Source: Nitrospirota bacterium
GTDB lineage: Bacteria > Nitrospirota > UBA9217
DNA: 64,000 bases
Direction of reading: 5' to 3'
NCBI GenBank assembly: GCA_963796285.1
Contig: CAWCKW010000012.1
Coordinates: forward strand, 1,568,001-1,632,000
This document shows positions 1 to 10,341 of the stretch, in pieces (the stretch's first letter is position 1; every line of letters starts with the position of its first letter). A model generated the notes under the pieces. It saw only the letters and a program-made list of their open reading frames with translations, ran no database searches and was not told the origin of the DNA. The position numbers were made by a program, and so were the translations under genes.

Positions 1-2
1 AG

Positions 3-128
3 GGCAAGGTGCCGGGCATCGACGAAAAGACGTTCAAGGAGAAGGCCGAGGCTGCCAAAAAAGGTTGCCCTGTGTCCATGGCCCTGACCGGCGTCGAGAT
101 CAGGCTCAAGGCCAGCCTGGTAAAATAG
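3..128 (+). CDS. OsmC/Ohr family protein, C-terminal fragment (truncated by window edge)
   Basis: Manual translation GKVPGIDEKTFKEKAEAAKKGCPVSMALTGVEIRLKASLVK*; the AKxxCPVSxAL motif is typical of OsmC. Confidence 0.85.
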   Translation, partial: GKVPGIDEKTFKEKAEAAKKGCPVSMALTGVEIRLKASLVK

Positions 129-278
129 CCGGCGGCAAAACCACAGGCGAATGAATGGATCTCCGTCACGCCCAGCCATTCACGATCGTAATACGGAGAT
201 GGCATCATAGTGGCCAATATCGTCCGGCAGTAGAATGAAACTATATAAATTCCCAGCATCTATAGAAGGAGGCATGTT

Positions 279-1346
279 ATGATCAAAGCAAGAGACCACT
301 TCACAAAGTTGATTCTGAGGTTCTTTGCAACGCTTTTCGCTTTCAGTCTCGTCGTTTTATATGCCGGCTTGGTCAACGCGGCGAGCTCTGACGAAGAGCT
401 CATGAGCAAGGCCAAAAAGATCTTCGGACCACTCCCTGCATCAATGCCTTCAGCTGAAAACCCCATTACCCCTGCAAAAGTGAAGTTGGGGCATATCCTG
501 TTCTGGGAGCCCCGGATATCCAGCGATGGGACCGTGAGCTGCGTTAAATGCCATCCCATGAGCCTGTATGCCGCGGACGGGCTCAGGAAGGCCCTGGGGA
601 ACCATTGCAAAGAGAACCCGAGAAATGCTCCATGCATATTCAACGCAGCCTCCGAGATCGCCGCACACTGGATCGGTAATCGGATAAATGTGGAAGACCA
701 GGCAAAGCAGGCACTGATCGGTCCACCTGCCTACGGCATGCCGTCGTACGAGTCCGTGGAAAAGATACTCAAAGGGATCAAGGGTTATGTGGTCTTGTTT
801 CAAGAGGCATTCCCCAAGGAAAAGGACCCCGTGACCGCGGATAATTTTGCTAAGGCAGTCGGTGCCTTCGAGCGGACGCTCGTGACCCCGGCCCCCTTCG
901 ATGATTTCATGAACGGGAATGCCAAGGCGCTGACCGAACAGCAAAAACGGGGTTTAAAAACGTTCATGGACACCGCCTGCAGTTCGTGCCATCAGAGCCC
1001 CTATCTGGGTGGACAATTGTATCAGAAGTTCGGCGTGTTCCATCCCTACGAGCAATACACAAAAAGTGCGCAGGTCGATGAAGGACATGCCGCAGTCACA
1101 AAAAACCCGGCTGATAAGTTTTTCTTCAAAGTTCCCGTACTCAGGAACGTGGCGGAGACTCCGCCCTATTTTCACGACGGATCCGTTGACAAGCTTGAAG
1201 ATGCCGTCGTGATAATGGCCAAAGTGCAGCTTGCGAAAGACCTGACAAAAGACCAGGTCGCGGACATCACGGCGTTTCTCAAGTCATTGACCGGAAAGAT
1301 CCCGGAAATGGCCCTCACCGTGCCGGTCCTGCCGTCAGCACAATAA
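279..1346 (+). CDS. Di-heme cytochrome c peroxidase (CCP/MauG family)
   Basis: Signal peptide; CVKCH and CSSCH heme motifs; FKVPVLRNVAETPPYFHDGS; AGGAGG RBS. Confidence 0.93.
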   Translation: MIKARDHFTKLILRFFATLFAFSLVVLYAGLVNAASSDEELMSKAKKIFGPLPASMPSAENPITPAKVKLGHILFWEPRISSDGTVSCVKCHPMSLYAADGLRKALGNHCKENPRNAPCIFNAASEIAAHWIGNRINVEDQAKQALIGPPAYGMPSYESVEKILKGIKGYVVLFQEAFPKEKDPVTADNFAKAVGAFERTLVTPAPFDDFMNGNAKALTEQQKRGLKTFMDTACSSCHQSPYLGGQLYQKFGVFHPYEQYTKSAQVDEGHAAVTKNPADKFFFKVPVLRNVAETPPYFHDGSVDKLEDAVVIMAKVQLAKDLTKDQVADITAFLKSLTGKIPEMALTVPVLPSAQ

Positions 1347-1359
1347 GCCGATTTTTGCA

Positions 1360-1390
1360 CCCCGTTAGAGTTCATACAGCTCTAACGGGG
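1360..1390 (+). terminator. Hairpin after the peroxidase gene
   Basis: CCCCGTTAGAG / CTCTAACGGGG, 11-bp inverted repeat followed by a pyrimidine-rich tract. Confidence 0.6.
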
Positions 1391-1533
1391 CCATTCTCTT
1401 TTCGTCCTGCGCTTACGATTCTCCGTACCTGTATTTGCGAGATTCAGGATCTCAATATATAAAGGGTCTTAGGGTCACCAATGTGGCCGAGGAAGCATTC
1501 TCTGGACCGATGCTCCTGGATGTCCTTGTAACT

Positions 1534-1570
1534 AAAAAGCCTGCCAGTGAATACTGGCAGGCTTTAATTT
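1534..1570. terminator. Bidirectional intrinsic terminator between convergent genes
   Basis: AAAGCCTGCCAGT / ACTGGCAGGCTTT, 13-bp stem with A/T tracts on both sides. Confidence 0.8.
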
Positions 1571-1610
1571 ATTCCTCATTTGTCATGACGTATGTTATCG
1601 GGTCAGCTTA

Positions 1611-2198
1611 TTACTGTTGAGGAGGCGGGGCAGGAACGGAAGCAGGAACCAGATTCTTGACAGGTTTGAGACTTTTCAGATAAACGAAGATCGCCTTCAG
1701 GTCCGCGTCCGTAAGTTTGGCAATCTCATACCAGGGCATGGGAGGCAAAATGTCACGTCCTGCTCCCATGAACTTGCCGGTGCGCAGTGTCGTGATGAAC
1801 AACTCTTCGTTCCATGCCCCTGTCCCTGTTTCCGGATCAGGTGAAAGATTGGGAGCATAGCTCGTGCCCCAGGGACCGACCCATGCTGTTAAATTGTTGT
1901 TGGTAATGGCGCCCCATTTGTCCGGGCCGAATATATTTGGCGGTATCGCGGGCAGTTTTTCATTGGCTGGATGTCCAGAAAGAAGCCTCACCTCGTCCAG
2001 CGCGGGACCGTTCGGGGTCATTTTCTTAGGGGTGTGACAGTCGTTGCATCCCCCAAAAGTCACAAGATAGAGACCTCTCTCGATCAGGGCCTCTTTGCCG
2101 CCGGTTGCTTTATGTTGTGCGGCGAACGATACTGCTGGTGCCAGGAAAAGGCTGAATAACCCGATAAGTACACATCCTGCAACGGTTGTCTTTCTCAT
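1611..2198 (-). CDS. Exported c-type cytochrome (cytochrome c-553-like family)
   Basis: Start MRKTT after AAGGAGG; signal peptide; RGLYLV-GGCNDCHTP, GPWGTSYAPNLSPD, PPMPW. Confidence 0.85.
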   Translation of the reverse strand: MRKTTVAGCVLIGLFSLFLAPAVSFAAQHKATGGKEALIERGLYLVTFGGCNDCHTPKKMTPNGPALDEVRLLSGHPANEKLPAIPPNIFGPDKWGAITNNNLTAWVGPWGTSYAPNLSPDPETGTGAWNEELFITTLRTGKFMGAGRDILPPMPWYEIAKLTDADLKAIFVYLKSLKPVKNLVPASVPAPPPQQ

Positions 2199-2605
2199 GG
2201 TATGCGTCCTCCTTGATATGAATGAGAGACTGTTTGCCTGCCGATCAACATTTGCTAGAAGATAACACAAGGTCAAGCGACAATCAATGGGACAAAGGTA
2301 TGACATTCATTTGATGACTGGAAGGGTAACGTGCCCCGGGACCCTACATAAGACGCTTACTGGCCGGTCCTGCGACCAATTCGACGCGTCGCACCTTAAC
2401 GCCTGCATCAAGAATCGTGCATCCCGGTGATGCTCGGGAGAATATAATGAGAGGTTTTCCCGTCTCGCCGAAAAATCTCCAGGCATATTCTCCATATCGT
2501 ATGCTATAATTGAACTATTCGATCGAGTATTTCTGGAAGAACCTCGACATCTATCATCAGGAAACCAAGACAACGCGAAAAAAATAAACGGAGGATGACA
2601 ATACG

Positions 2606-2764
2606 ATGATGAATACAATTAGACTTATGATAATCGGGCTCCTGTTGGTCGTGCTCAGCGGTTGTTTTCCCGTTTTCGTACCTGAAGGCGGCCACCGTGA
2701 AGGACATGAAGAACACGGCGGCGGTGGTCATAGAGACGGCGGAGAGCATGAAGATCGCCGTTAG
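2606..2764 (+). CDS. Small His/Gly-rich lipoprotein, 52 aa (not in ORF track)
   Basis: GGAGGA upstream; MMNTIRLMIIGLLLVVLSGC lipobox followed by FPVFVPEGGHREGHEEHGGGGHRDGGEHEDRR*. Confidence 0.75.
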   Translation: MMNTIRLMIIGLLLVVLSGCFPVFVPEGGHREGHEEHGGGGHRDGGEHEDRR

Positions 2765-2901
2765 CATACTGCCGGGTTCGATCAAGTTCTATTCAAGTCC
2801 CATTGGCCCATTATCCAGATGAGGGTCAGAAGTGAAGCAATAGAGACATCACACCACCGCCTTCCCAACATATCTTCAGGCGGATGTAACGCGATTCCGG
2901 A

Positions 2902-3093
2902 TCAGCCTTTTTTCGCCTTTTTCCAGAACGCCAGGTCGCTCACCATGAGTTTGAAAAGCTGGCCAGGCGACATTTTCGAGGCTTCTTTGCACCTGCAGGC
3001 GTCGTCCTTGTCTGCCCCTGCCTGTGACTCTGCGGCATTTTCCTCTTTCGCTGGCCTGCTTGGATCAACGGTTTTAGGGTAACGGGCGATCAT
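2902..3093 (-). CDS. Small hypothetical protein with CRC motif, 63 aa
   Basis: Purine-rich RBS (GCAGGGGGG); co-oriented with the neighbouring small ORF; ends DLAFWKKAKKG. Confidence 0.55.
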   Translation of the reverse strand: MIARYPKTVDPSRPAKEENAAESQAGADKDDACRCKEASKMSPGQLFKLMVSDLAFWKKAKKG

Positions 3094-3141
3094 GCTTTTT
3101 CCCCCTGCTCCGATTTTAACTCAATGTGCCGGCCTGCGATG

Positions 3142-3282
3142 CTACGATGGTTTTTTCAGACTGCAAACCGACCCCTTGCAGCCGCACACGGGATACCAGT
3201 TCTTGAACCCATAGTGAAATGCAACAGCCGCATAGATATAGACCACTGCGGCGATGGCTACGATGATGAGAATGGTCGTCAT
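3142..3282 (-). CDS. Small single-TM protein with CxCxxxxC tail, 46 aa (not in ORF track)
   Basis: GGGAGGT RBS; MTTILIIVAIAAVVYIYAAVAFHYGFKNWYPVCGCKGSVCSLKKPS*. Confidence 0.7.
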   Translation of the reverse strand: MTTILIIVAIAAVVYIYAAVAFHYGFKNWYPVCGCKGSVCSLKKPS

Positions 3283-3382
3283 ATCCGTACCTCCCAGGAG
3301 CACCGCAGATCGGTCCTGCTGTAACGTGCTTGGCCCCTTCTACTACTATTATACCGCATGGTGCTAAAGATTCCCGGATACC

Positions 3383-5032
3383 TCAGAGTTTCTGGCTTTT
3401 GCTGAACAGCCCGGATGCCCCGCTGGGCGCAGGCGGCATGACTTCAACGATCTGCGGGGTATTGCTCCCGTCATAACAGCGCACCGTGAAGGTGTGCTTG
3501 CCCGGCTGGAACGGCCAGTCATAGCGCCAGATCACCCACGTCGTTTGCGAAAGTGGAGTTCTGATCGCCGCCTCCTGCCAGGGGCCGTCATCAACCCGCA
3601 CCTCGACCCTGGAGATCCCGCGGCTGCCCGCGTGGGCGATCCCGCCGATGGGCACCAGTTTTTGCTTGTCCGCGCTGATGATGGTCATATCAACGGCGAT
3701 GGTGTCGATCACCGACGTTGCCTTCATCTTTGCGACCTTGTCCCAGCCCCGGACCACCCAGTAGCCCGGCTCCCAATGGTCCATGACCTCGATGGACTCG
3801 ATCCATTTGGGCTGCTTCATCCCGTGGAGGTCCGGGATGTAGATGCGCAGCGGAAAGCCGTGGTCGTCATGCAGCTGCACTCCGTCCCAGGCATAGGCCA
3901 GCATCACCCGTTCGTCGGCCATGACCATGTCCAGGGCCAAGGTTTCCCAGAAACCGTCAGCAGAGGTGATCTTCAAATGCGTCGCGCCCGGCTTCAGGCC
4001 GAGGTCGCGCAGAAAGCCCTTCAGGCTGACGCCGGTCCAGCGGGTCGTGCCGATAAGATCGCCGCCCACGGGGTTTGAGATGCAGGACAACGTGACGAAC
4101 TGGTGCATGGGTTCATAGCGCCGGATATCGTCCAGCGTGAAGGACAGCGGCTTTTCGACCATTCCCGAGATCTTGAGCCGCCACATCATAGCGTCGACCT
4201 TCGGCGGGGTCGTGTTGATGTCTATGCGGTAGTGCCGCTCCAGGGGAGTGTATTCGGGCCGCGTGCCGGGCGCGGGCTTGACAGCCGCGCCAACGTTCGG
4301 CAGGCCGTGCGAAGCGGACCAGGGCATCAGGCCCTCCATTTTCATCCGGCTGTGGCGCTCCGACAAGAGACCCACCATCGCCCCGGAAACCGTGATGGTC
4401 GCCGTGTACCCCGCTAGCCGGACCAGGAATTGACGCCGGTTGACCCGCTGGGCAAAAGGTTCGAGGTCCGAACCCGGTCCCGCGGAAGCGCTGACAGCAG
4501 CCAGCCGCAGATAGGCCCAGCCGAACGCCATCCCCCATAAGGTAAAGACGAACAGGATCCAGAGTGCGCTGATCATCGGCGGCGCAACGGCCGTCTTGTT
4601 CAGAAAGGAACTGATGAGCACTGCGGGAAAGGCCGCGATCACTCCCAGGAAAAAACCGGACACATAGGCGTATCGGCCGCGCAGAGCGCGCAAAACGCCG
4701 AAAAGAACCCCGCCGGCGACAATTCCGGTGATGAACAGATTGACGATGCCGATCGCCTGTTCCATGAGTTTGGCCACGACCGAGGTGGGGCCCAGGTGCA
4801 GTCCGCGGATGGCCGCCACCATTGCGCTGATGACGAATTCGATGACTGCTCCGGGCAGCACGCGGGTCATCCAGTCGAACACATCAAAAGGGACGAAGGG
4901 CAGGTCCGCCAGCCGCCATCCCGCGTAAAAGACGGCGATCATTGCTGCGGTCAGCAACGCCCCGACTGCCGATCCGATAAGAACTCCCGTATTCTGGGCC
5001 TTCATGTTCTGCTCCTCTCTTGCCCGCTGCAT
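3383..5032 (-). CDS. Membrane-anchored sulfite-oxidase-family molybdopterin oxidoreductase
   Basis: Several N-terminal TM helices; internal NRRQFL twin-arginine motif; Mo-ligand TLSCISNPVGG; HGFPLRI, GMKQPKWI; C-terminal dimerisation domain. Confidence 0.9.
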   Translation of the reverse strand: MQRAREEQNMKAQNTGVLIGSAVGALLTAAMIAVFYAGWRLADLPFVPFDVFDWMTRVLPGAVIEFVISAMVAAIRGLHLGPTSVVAKLMEQAIGIVNLFITGIVAGGVLFGVLRALRGRYAYVSGFFLGVIAAFPAVLISSFLNKTAVAPPMISALWILFVFTLWGMAFGWAYLRLAAVSASAGPGSDLEPFAQRVNRRQFLVRLAGYTATITVSGAMVGLLSERHSRMKMEGLMPWSASHGLPNVGAAVKPAPGTRPEYTPLERHYRIDINTTPPKVDAMMWRLKISGMVEKPLSFTLDDIRRYEPMHQFVTLSCISNPVGGDLIGTTRWTGVSLKGFLRDLGLKPGATHLKITSADGFWETLALDMVMADERVMLAYAWDGVQLHDDHGFPLRIYIPDLHGMKQPKWIESIEVMDHWEPGYWVVRGWDKVAKMKATSVIDTIAVDMTIISADKQKLVPIGGIAHAGSRGISRVEVRVDDGPWQEAAIRTPLSQTTWVIWRYDWPFQPGKHTFTVRCYDGSNTPQIVEVMPPAPSGASGLFSKSQKL

Positions 5033-5364
5033 AACGTAGTTGTGGTCCGCGTTCTGTCCGGGCCTCTCACTATTTCAGCACTGCTGGTCGTAAACTCTAG
5101 AGAACAGGTGAGGTCATATATTTAAGCTCGAAAGGGCGCTGGATGAACTTGAGAAATAGTCGTCGTAAAAGAATGGGATTGAAGCAACGGTAACAAAAGG
5201 GACGGGAAATGTCAAGCCGCAAGACTTACACTAAAGATTCCGGCAGTTGATTTAAGGAGAAAGATTTGACCTGATCGTTATGCGGAGGGGGCGAGCCGTG
5301 AAGGAACAATAGCAGAATAAAAATAATGGCAGCAACGTAGTCCTGGCCATAACAGATCCGTTTC

Positions 5365-5727
5365 CTAATGTTCAATAAGCCACTTCTTCGCTTGTTCTAC
5401 ATTGTCGAATGCCGAAAGCTTTCTTCCTGAGAAGGCGACAACCGCCTGAAAAATGATCCGCTTGAGACCTGTCACGCCGACCACTGCCCCTGCCCGGACG
5501 TAGGGACGGTTGTGAGCGGTGAAGGCCTTCATCTCCTGGGTAACAGCGTCATTGAACCGGGCGTCGGTCACATCGGTCAGGGTAAGCAGGGATTTCTCAG
5601 GATAAGAGGCGATCACCTTTTTCGCCTCGGTGATGGTGCTCAGGATCTCCTCTGCTTTGCAGTTGGAGAAGTCCAGGTGCAGGATATTCTTACCTTCATA
5701 CTGAATAAGCCTGATCTTTTCTTCCAT
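5365..5727 (-). CDS. Hypothetical protein, STAS/SEC14-like small alpha/beta domain
   Basis: GGGAGG RBS; ILHLDFS, LTLTDV, AVVGVTGLKRIIF, FDNVEQAKKWL pattern. Confidence 0.7.
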   Translation of the reverse strand: MEEKIRLIQYEGKNILHLDFSNCKAEEILSTITEAKKVIASYPEKSLLTLTDVTDARFNDAVTQEMKAFTAHNRPYVRAGAVVGVTGLKRIIFQAVVAFSGRKLSAFDNVEQAKKWLIEH

Positions 5728-5929
5728 GGTGTCCCTCCCTGTGCATGCCATCTCATTACTGCCCCGTCAGTATAGATGTTATGTCGGACCGTATCAATCC
5801 CCAGCCCGGGGTATTTTAAGGGTATGAAAGCAGAATGGATGTGATTCGCCCCGGGGTAAGCTCAACGTCCTTAAATGTAATGATCCTAAAGGTTCCCCCG
5901 CGCCTCGGTTGTTTTCATGAAAGCGTTCA

Positions 5930-6400
5930 TCAGATGATGTCCGTTCGCTCGCTCAATTCTTCGGGGGTTATTTTAAAATCAAGGATCTGCCACTGGCCCC
6001 CGTGTTTGATAAGAGACATCTGCATCGTCGCTGCGCCCGTTTCAAAATCCGCGTTCGCGGTGTAATCAGCGGTAATTTCATAGCCGTATTGGAGGGAAAG
6101 CGTTATGTGCGCATCACCGGTCGAACCTTTATACATAACCAGATTTCCCAGTTGCCGAAGCACGCCGAAATCCTGTTCCAGGCCGTCATAATCCACATCT
6201 TCATTAAACTCCGGGCTCGCGCGTTTCTCAATTTCATGGACGTCCCACGTCGAAATAATTGCGGGGATAGCGGCGTCAACAAACGCCTTGCTCTCCTTGT
6301 CCAGCCGGTTTCCTATAACGGTCAACGATCCAAAACCCGCGAGAAGGCCGACAATGAGCGCCAGAAAGATATACCCCAAAATCATGACTACTTTTTTCAC
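5930..6400 (-). CDS. Hypothetical membrane-anchored protein
   Basis: GTG start after GGGAGG; N-terminal TM; AxFExG and WQI C-terminal pattern. Confidence 0.7.
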   Translation of the reverse strand: MKKVVMILGYIFLALIVGLLAGFGSLTVIGNRLDKESKAFVDAAIPAIISTWDVHEIEKRASPEFNEDVDYDGLEQDFGVLRQLGNLVMYKGSTGDAHITLSLQYGYEITADYTANADFETGAATMQMSLIKHGGQWQILDFKITPEELSERTDII

Positions 6401-6448
6401 CGCTGTTAAGCCTCCCGCGCGTTGAATCACCGGCATCACTTCCGAGCA

Positions 6449-6687
6449 CTAACCCGGATAAGCCGGAACCAAAAGGCAAAATCTAAAAGGCATCTCTCGC
6501 AAAGCCGCAAAGGACGCCAAGAAATTCTTTAAGTCCTGGTCTTTTAAAATAAATATTTGGCCTTTCTTTGCGAGCTTAGTTTATGCCCGCGTCATGGCTT
6601 GTCCCCGCGCTATCGCAAGAGCAGGGGGCAACAGCAGGGTACGACTTTGCGCGAAATATTCTTGCCGTTTTTAGTAGAATTTTATTC
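6449..6687. mobile_element. MITE/REP-like composite element A, with a nested 62-nt (2x31) insert at 6580-6641
   Basis: Shares the ACCAAAAGG left end, a 38/41-nt core (6493 vs 17703) and the TTCT..CCGTTTTT..AGAA.TT.ATTC right end with element B; internal inverted repeat. Confidence 0.8.
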
Positions 6688-6717
6688 CTTGGTTACTAAT
6701 TACCATCATATCATACA

Positions 6718-7095
6718 TTATCCGGACTGCGCTGTGCTCCGTTTGTCCAGCCAATAGCTTGTTCCTGTCAGCATGACGCCGACACCGACAACCACCAATA
6801 AGGTTATGAACAGAGGATCGCCGGAATAAAGATAGAGCCCCAGCAAGATCGGCAGCATCCCGCTCCGCACGATGAGCGCCGTGATATAGAGCGCTTCAAC
6901 CCGGTGGCGCACGATCTGCAAGACGATGACCCCAAGCGCCAGCATCAGCATGCCCACGAAGCGGGGCAGTACGTCGCCGTAATCGGTGTTGGAAAAGAAG
7001 AGCTTCAGCGTCAATCGCGGGAAGGTGAGGAGCGCGATCCCGCCGGACATCAAGTAGCCGATCAGGTAGTACAAACTCAGATGAGTTCGCTTCAT
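6718..7095 (-). CDS. Hypothetical 4-TM membrane protein
   Basis: AAGGAG RBS; four hydrophobic segments. Confidence 0.75.
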   Translation of the reverse strand: MKRTHLSLYYLIGYLMSGGIALLTFPRLTLKLFFSNTDYGDVLPRFVGMLMLALGVIVLQIVRHRVEALYITALIVRSGMLPILLGLYLYSGDPLFITLLVVVGVGVMLTGTSYWLDKRSTAQSG

Positions 7096-7326
7096 ATCAG
7101 GCTCCTTTGAGTTGAGACGACTCTTCAGCTTTAAATCTAAAAGCTCCCTGATAACGAATGCCCATTCACCCTCCCGGAAAGGCCTTTCCCCAATCTACGC
7201 TTTCCAGAAGATTACAATAGCACACAAAAGGGTCATATACAATAGGGTCCAGACAATAGGATCACGTCGCGTACCAAGATCAAGACGCCTAAAATCGGCG
7301 CATGCCGGTCAGGAGGACGTCAAAAC

Positions 7327-8698
7327 TCAGAAGATCTTTCGCAGCCATTTGAGATGGTTCTTGTAAGGCGGATACCGCAAAGGGATGTCGAACATAAATC
7401 CGCTTCTGATGATATTTCTCTCATGCGAGAAGGCGTCGAAGCTTGCTTTGCCGTGGTACTTTCCGATCCCGCTCGTCCCTGCGCCGCCGAAAGGAAGGCA
7501 GGTGGTCTCATGGATGACCGTATCGTTGATGCACCCGCCCCCTGCCGCTGTTTCCCTCAGCACCCGCTCCTGAAGGCCTTTGTTCCGGGAGAAGAAATAC
7601 AGTGCCAGCGGCTTCGGCAGGTTGTTCACGAAAGCGATGGCCTGAGACAGGTCGTCATACTCGATCACCGGCAGGAGAGGTCCGAAAATTTCCTCTTGCA
7701 TGATCGGCTCGTGCCCCAGGATCCCGTCGATGATCGTGGGTGCGATGTATCGCGAGGCGCGGTCGGTCCCGCCGCCGGTGACGATCCTCCCCTTCCCGAG
7801 CAGTCCCGCAAGCCGTGTGAAATGCCCATCATCGATGATCCGGCCGAGGTCCGGGCTCTGCGAGGGATCGCTGCCGTAGAATTGATGAATAGTGTTCACC
7901 ATCCGGTCGAGCAGCGCCTGTCTGACGCGTTTCTGCACCAGAAGATAATCCACCGCCACGCAGCTCTGGCCCGCGTTGAAGTACTTTCCCCACACGATCC
8001 GCCGCGCGGTGTAGTCCAGGTGCGTGTCCGCGTCAACGATACAGGGGTTCTTTCCGCCAAGCTCGAGCGTTACCGGCGTAAGGTGTTTTGCGGCAGCGGC
8101 CATCACCAGGCGTCCGGCAGCCGGGCCGCCGGTGAAAAAAATATGGTCAAACCGTTCTGCGATCAGCGTCTGGGAGGTTTCCGCGCCCCCTTCCACGATG
8201 GCTATATACGCCGGGTTGAAAATTTTTCCGATGATGTCCGTCAGAAGATGAGAGGTCCGGGGAGCCGCGATCGAGGGCTTGAGCAAGGCGCAGTCGCCGG
8301 CAGCGATGGCGCCGACAAGCGGCGCGAGCAACAACTGGACGGGAAAGTTCCACGGCCCGATGATGAGCGTCACTCCGTATGGTTCGGCGAACGAGTAGCT
8401 CTTGCTCGGAAAATACGCGAACGGCGTCCGGACTTTTTTCGGTTTTACCCAGCGCGCGAGATGCTTCAACGTGTAATCGATCTCGTTGATGACGATTGCC
8501 GTATCGCCGCCGTAAGCTTCGAAGGCCGGCCTGTTCAGGTCGGCCTTGAGTGCGTCGAAGATCGCCTGTTCGTTTTCAACGATCGCTTTTCGCAAGGATC
8601 CGCAGCTTGTCGATGCGAAAAGACAGGTCCCTCGTCTTTCCCTCAGCGAAGTACGTTTGAAGGTTGCTTATCAGTCTGATGAGTTGTGGTCTGTCCAT
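7327..8698 (-). CDS. Aldehyde dehydrogenase (ALDH3/fatty aldehyde type), one frameshift near 8592
   Basis: PWNFP, FTGG, LELGGKNP, AGQSCVA, EEIFGP; the N-terminus MDRPQLI..FRIDKLRIL lies in another frame. Confidence 0.9.
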
Positions 8699-8724
8699 GA
8701 TCAGGCACCTTTAATTCATCTCAT

Positions 8725-10341
8725 TCAACTCAACTTCTTCTCCGGGATCTTGCTCATGGCCCGCTCGGACAACGCCGTGATCGTCAGCGAGGGGTTCACG
8801 CCCGGATTGGCCGATATCATCGACCCGTCGCACACATACATGTTCTCATACCCGAATACTTTGTTGTCTTTGTCGATCACGCCCTCGTCCCCCGCCCTGC
8901 CCATGACCGCACCGCCAAGGATATGCGCGGTCGTGGGAATGCCGAAGAGCGTTTCCGTCAAGAGTACCACGGGTTTCCCGTTCACCAGCGCCGCGTATCT
9001 CCGGGCCAGATCGCCTGCTTCAGGGATACATGCCGTGGGCCGGTTCCCCTGTTCTGCCGCGGTCTTCATGCCGAATACGCCTTGCTCCAAACGCAGCGTG
9101 CTGTCGAGGGTCCGCATGAACATCAGGATCTGCGTCCTCTTTGCCCAATCGCGGACAAAATAGACCTTCAGGTTCCTGATCGGGTGAAGCACGAGGTCGA
9201 TCACGACGTTCAGCAGCCTGGCCAAAACACTGCGGCCATTGACAAGAGGCCCTCCCAGCAGCCTCCAGAATCCCGACCCCGAAGGATACCGGACCGGTTC
9301 AAGGTGGCTGTGTTCATCGGTATGGAGGATCGAACTGATGGCAATGCCGTCGGAAAAGGCCCTGTCCTTGTCGAACGTAGTCACGCCTATGAGGCTTTCG
9401 GAGTTGGTGCGTACATGCGACCCGACCCTGTCCGACAGGTTCGGGAGCGACTGTTTTTTCAGCTTGAGCAGGAGTTTCACGGTGCCGAGCACGCCGCCGC
9501 TGAAGACGATGCCGGAAGAGGTAATAGAGCCTCGCTTCCCGAACAACGACGTCGCAGAACGCCAGAAAACCCGGTATCCCCGGGAACCATCCTGTTGATC
9601 GAGCGGCTGTATGTCATAGACCAGTGCTTCCGGCCGGATCAACGCGCCCCCCTGTTCAGCAAGATAAAGATAGTTCTTGTCCAGGGTATTTTTCGCGTTA
9701 TAGCGGCATCCGACCATGCACCCGCCGCAGAAGTTGCAGCCGCTGCGGTCGGGCCCTTTCCCGTTAAAGTACGGGTCCGGTACCGTCTTCTCCGGTTCAC
9801 CGAAGAACACTGCCACCCTCGTCGGTTCAAAGGCGGATTCCTTGCCTAGCTGCTTCGCCAGCGTCTGGAGCGCAATGTCGCCGTTCTCGAGACGGGGACA
9901 GGTTACCGTGCCGAGCATCTTCGACGCCAGGGGATAAAATTCCCGGAGCTCCTGCTGCCAGTCCGCGAGATGGGCCCAGCTTGACGCCTGAAAGAATTCC
10001 CCTTTCGGCACCGGCAGCGTGTTGGCATAGACAAGCGACCCGCCTCCCACGCCGACGCCGGACAGGATCGCGACATGACGGAACCAGGTAATTTTAAAAA
10101 ACCCGAAGAACCTGAACACAGGCAGCCAGAGCCATTTTTTCAGGTTCCAGTTCGTACGGGGAAAATCGTCGGCCCCCAGCCGCTTCCCCTTTTCGAGCAC
10201 CAGGACCCTGTAGCCCTTCTCCGTCAACCGGAGAGCAGACACGGACCCGCCGAATCCCGATCCGATAATAATGTAATCGTAATTGAAGTTGCCGGCTTTT
10301 TGTTCGTGTCCTTTCACGATCCATCCCTGCCTGAATGACAA
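8725..10341 (-). CDS. GMC family FAD oxidoreductase (cholesterol-oxidase-like)
   Basis: IIIGSGFGGS, GVGGGSLVYAN, CNFCGGCMVGC, TAHILGG, GVNPSLTITALSER. Confidence 0.92.
   Translation of the reverse strand: MSFRQGWIVKGHEQKAGNFNYDYIIIGSGFGGSVSALRLTEKGYRVLVLEKGKRLGADDFPRTNWNLKKWLWLPVFRFFGFFKITWFRHVAILSGVGVGGGSLVYANTLPVPKGEFFQASSWAHLADWQQELREFYPLASKMLGTVTCPRLENGDIALQTLAKQLGKESAFEPTRVAVFFGEPEKTVPDPYFNGKGPDRSGCNFCGGCMVGCRYNAKNTLDKNYLYLAEQGGALIRPEALVYDIQPLDQQDGSRGYRVFWRSATSLFGKRGSITSSGIVFSGGVLGTVKLLLKLKKQSLPNLSDRVGSHVRTNSESLIGVTTFDKDRAFSDGIAISSILHTDEHSHLEPVRYPSGSGFWRLLGGPLVNGRSVLARLLNVVIDLVLHPIRNLKVYFVRDWAKRTQILMFMRTLDSTLRLEQGVFGMKTAAEQGNRPTACIPEAGDLARRYAALVNGKPVVLLTETLFGIPTTAHILGGAVMGRAGDEGVIDKDNKVFGYENMYVCDGSMISANPGVNPSLTITALSERAMSKIPEKKLS

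Noticed and set aside
2504-2785. 93-aa minus-strand ORF
   Set aside because: Antisense to the better supported lipoprotein ORF at 2606-2764, which has an RBS and a lipobox
2790-2812. TTCAAGTCCC resembling a tRNA T-loop or att site
   Set aside because: No cloverleaf, no T-stem pairing and no second copy seen
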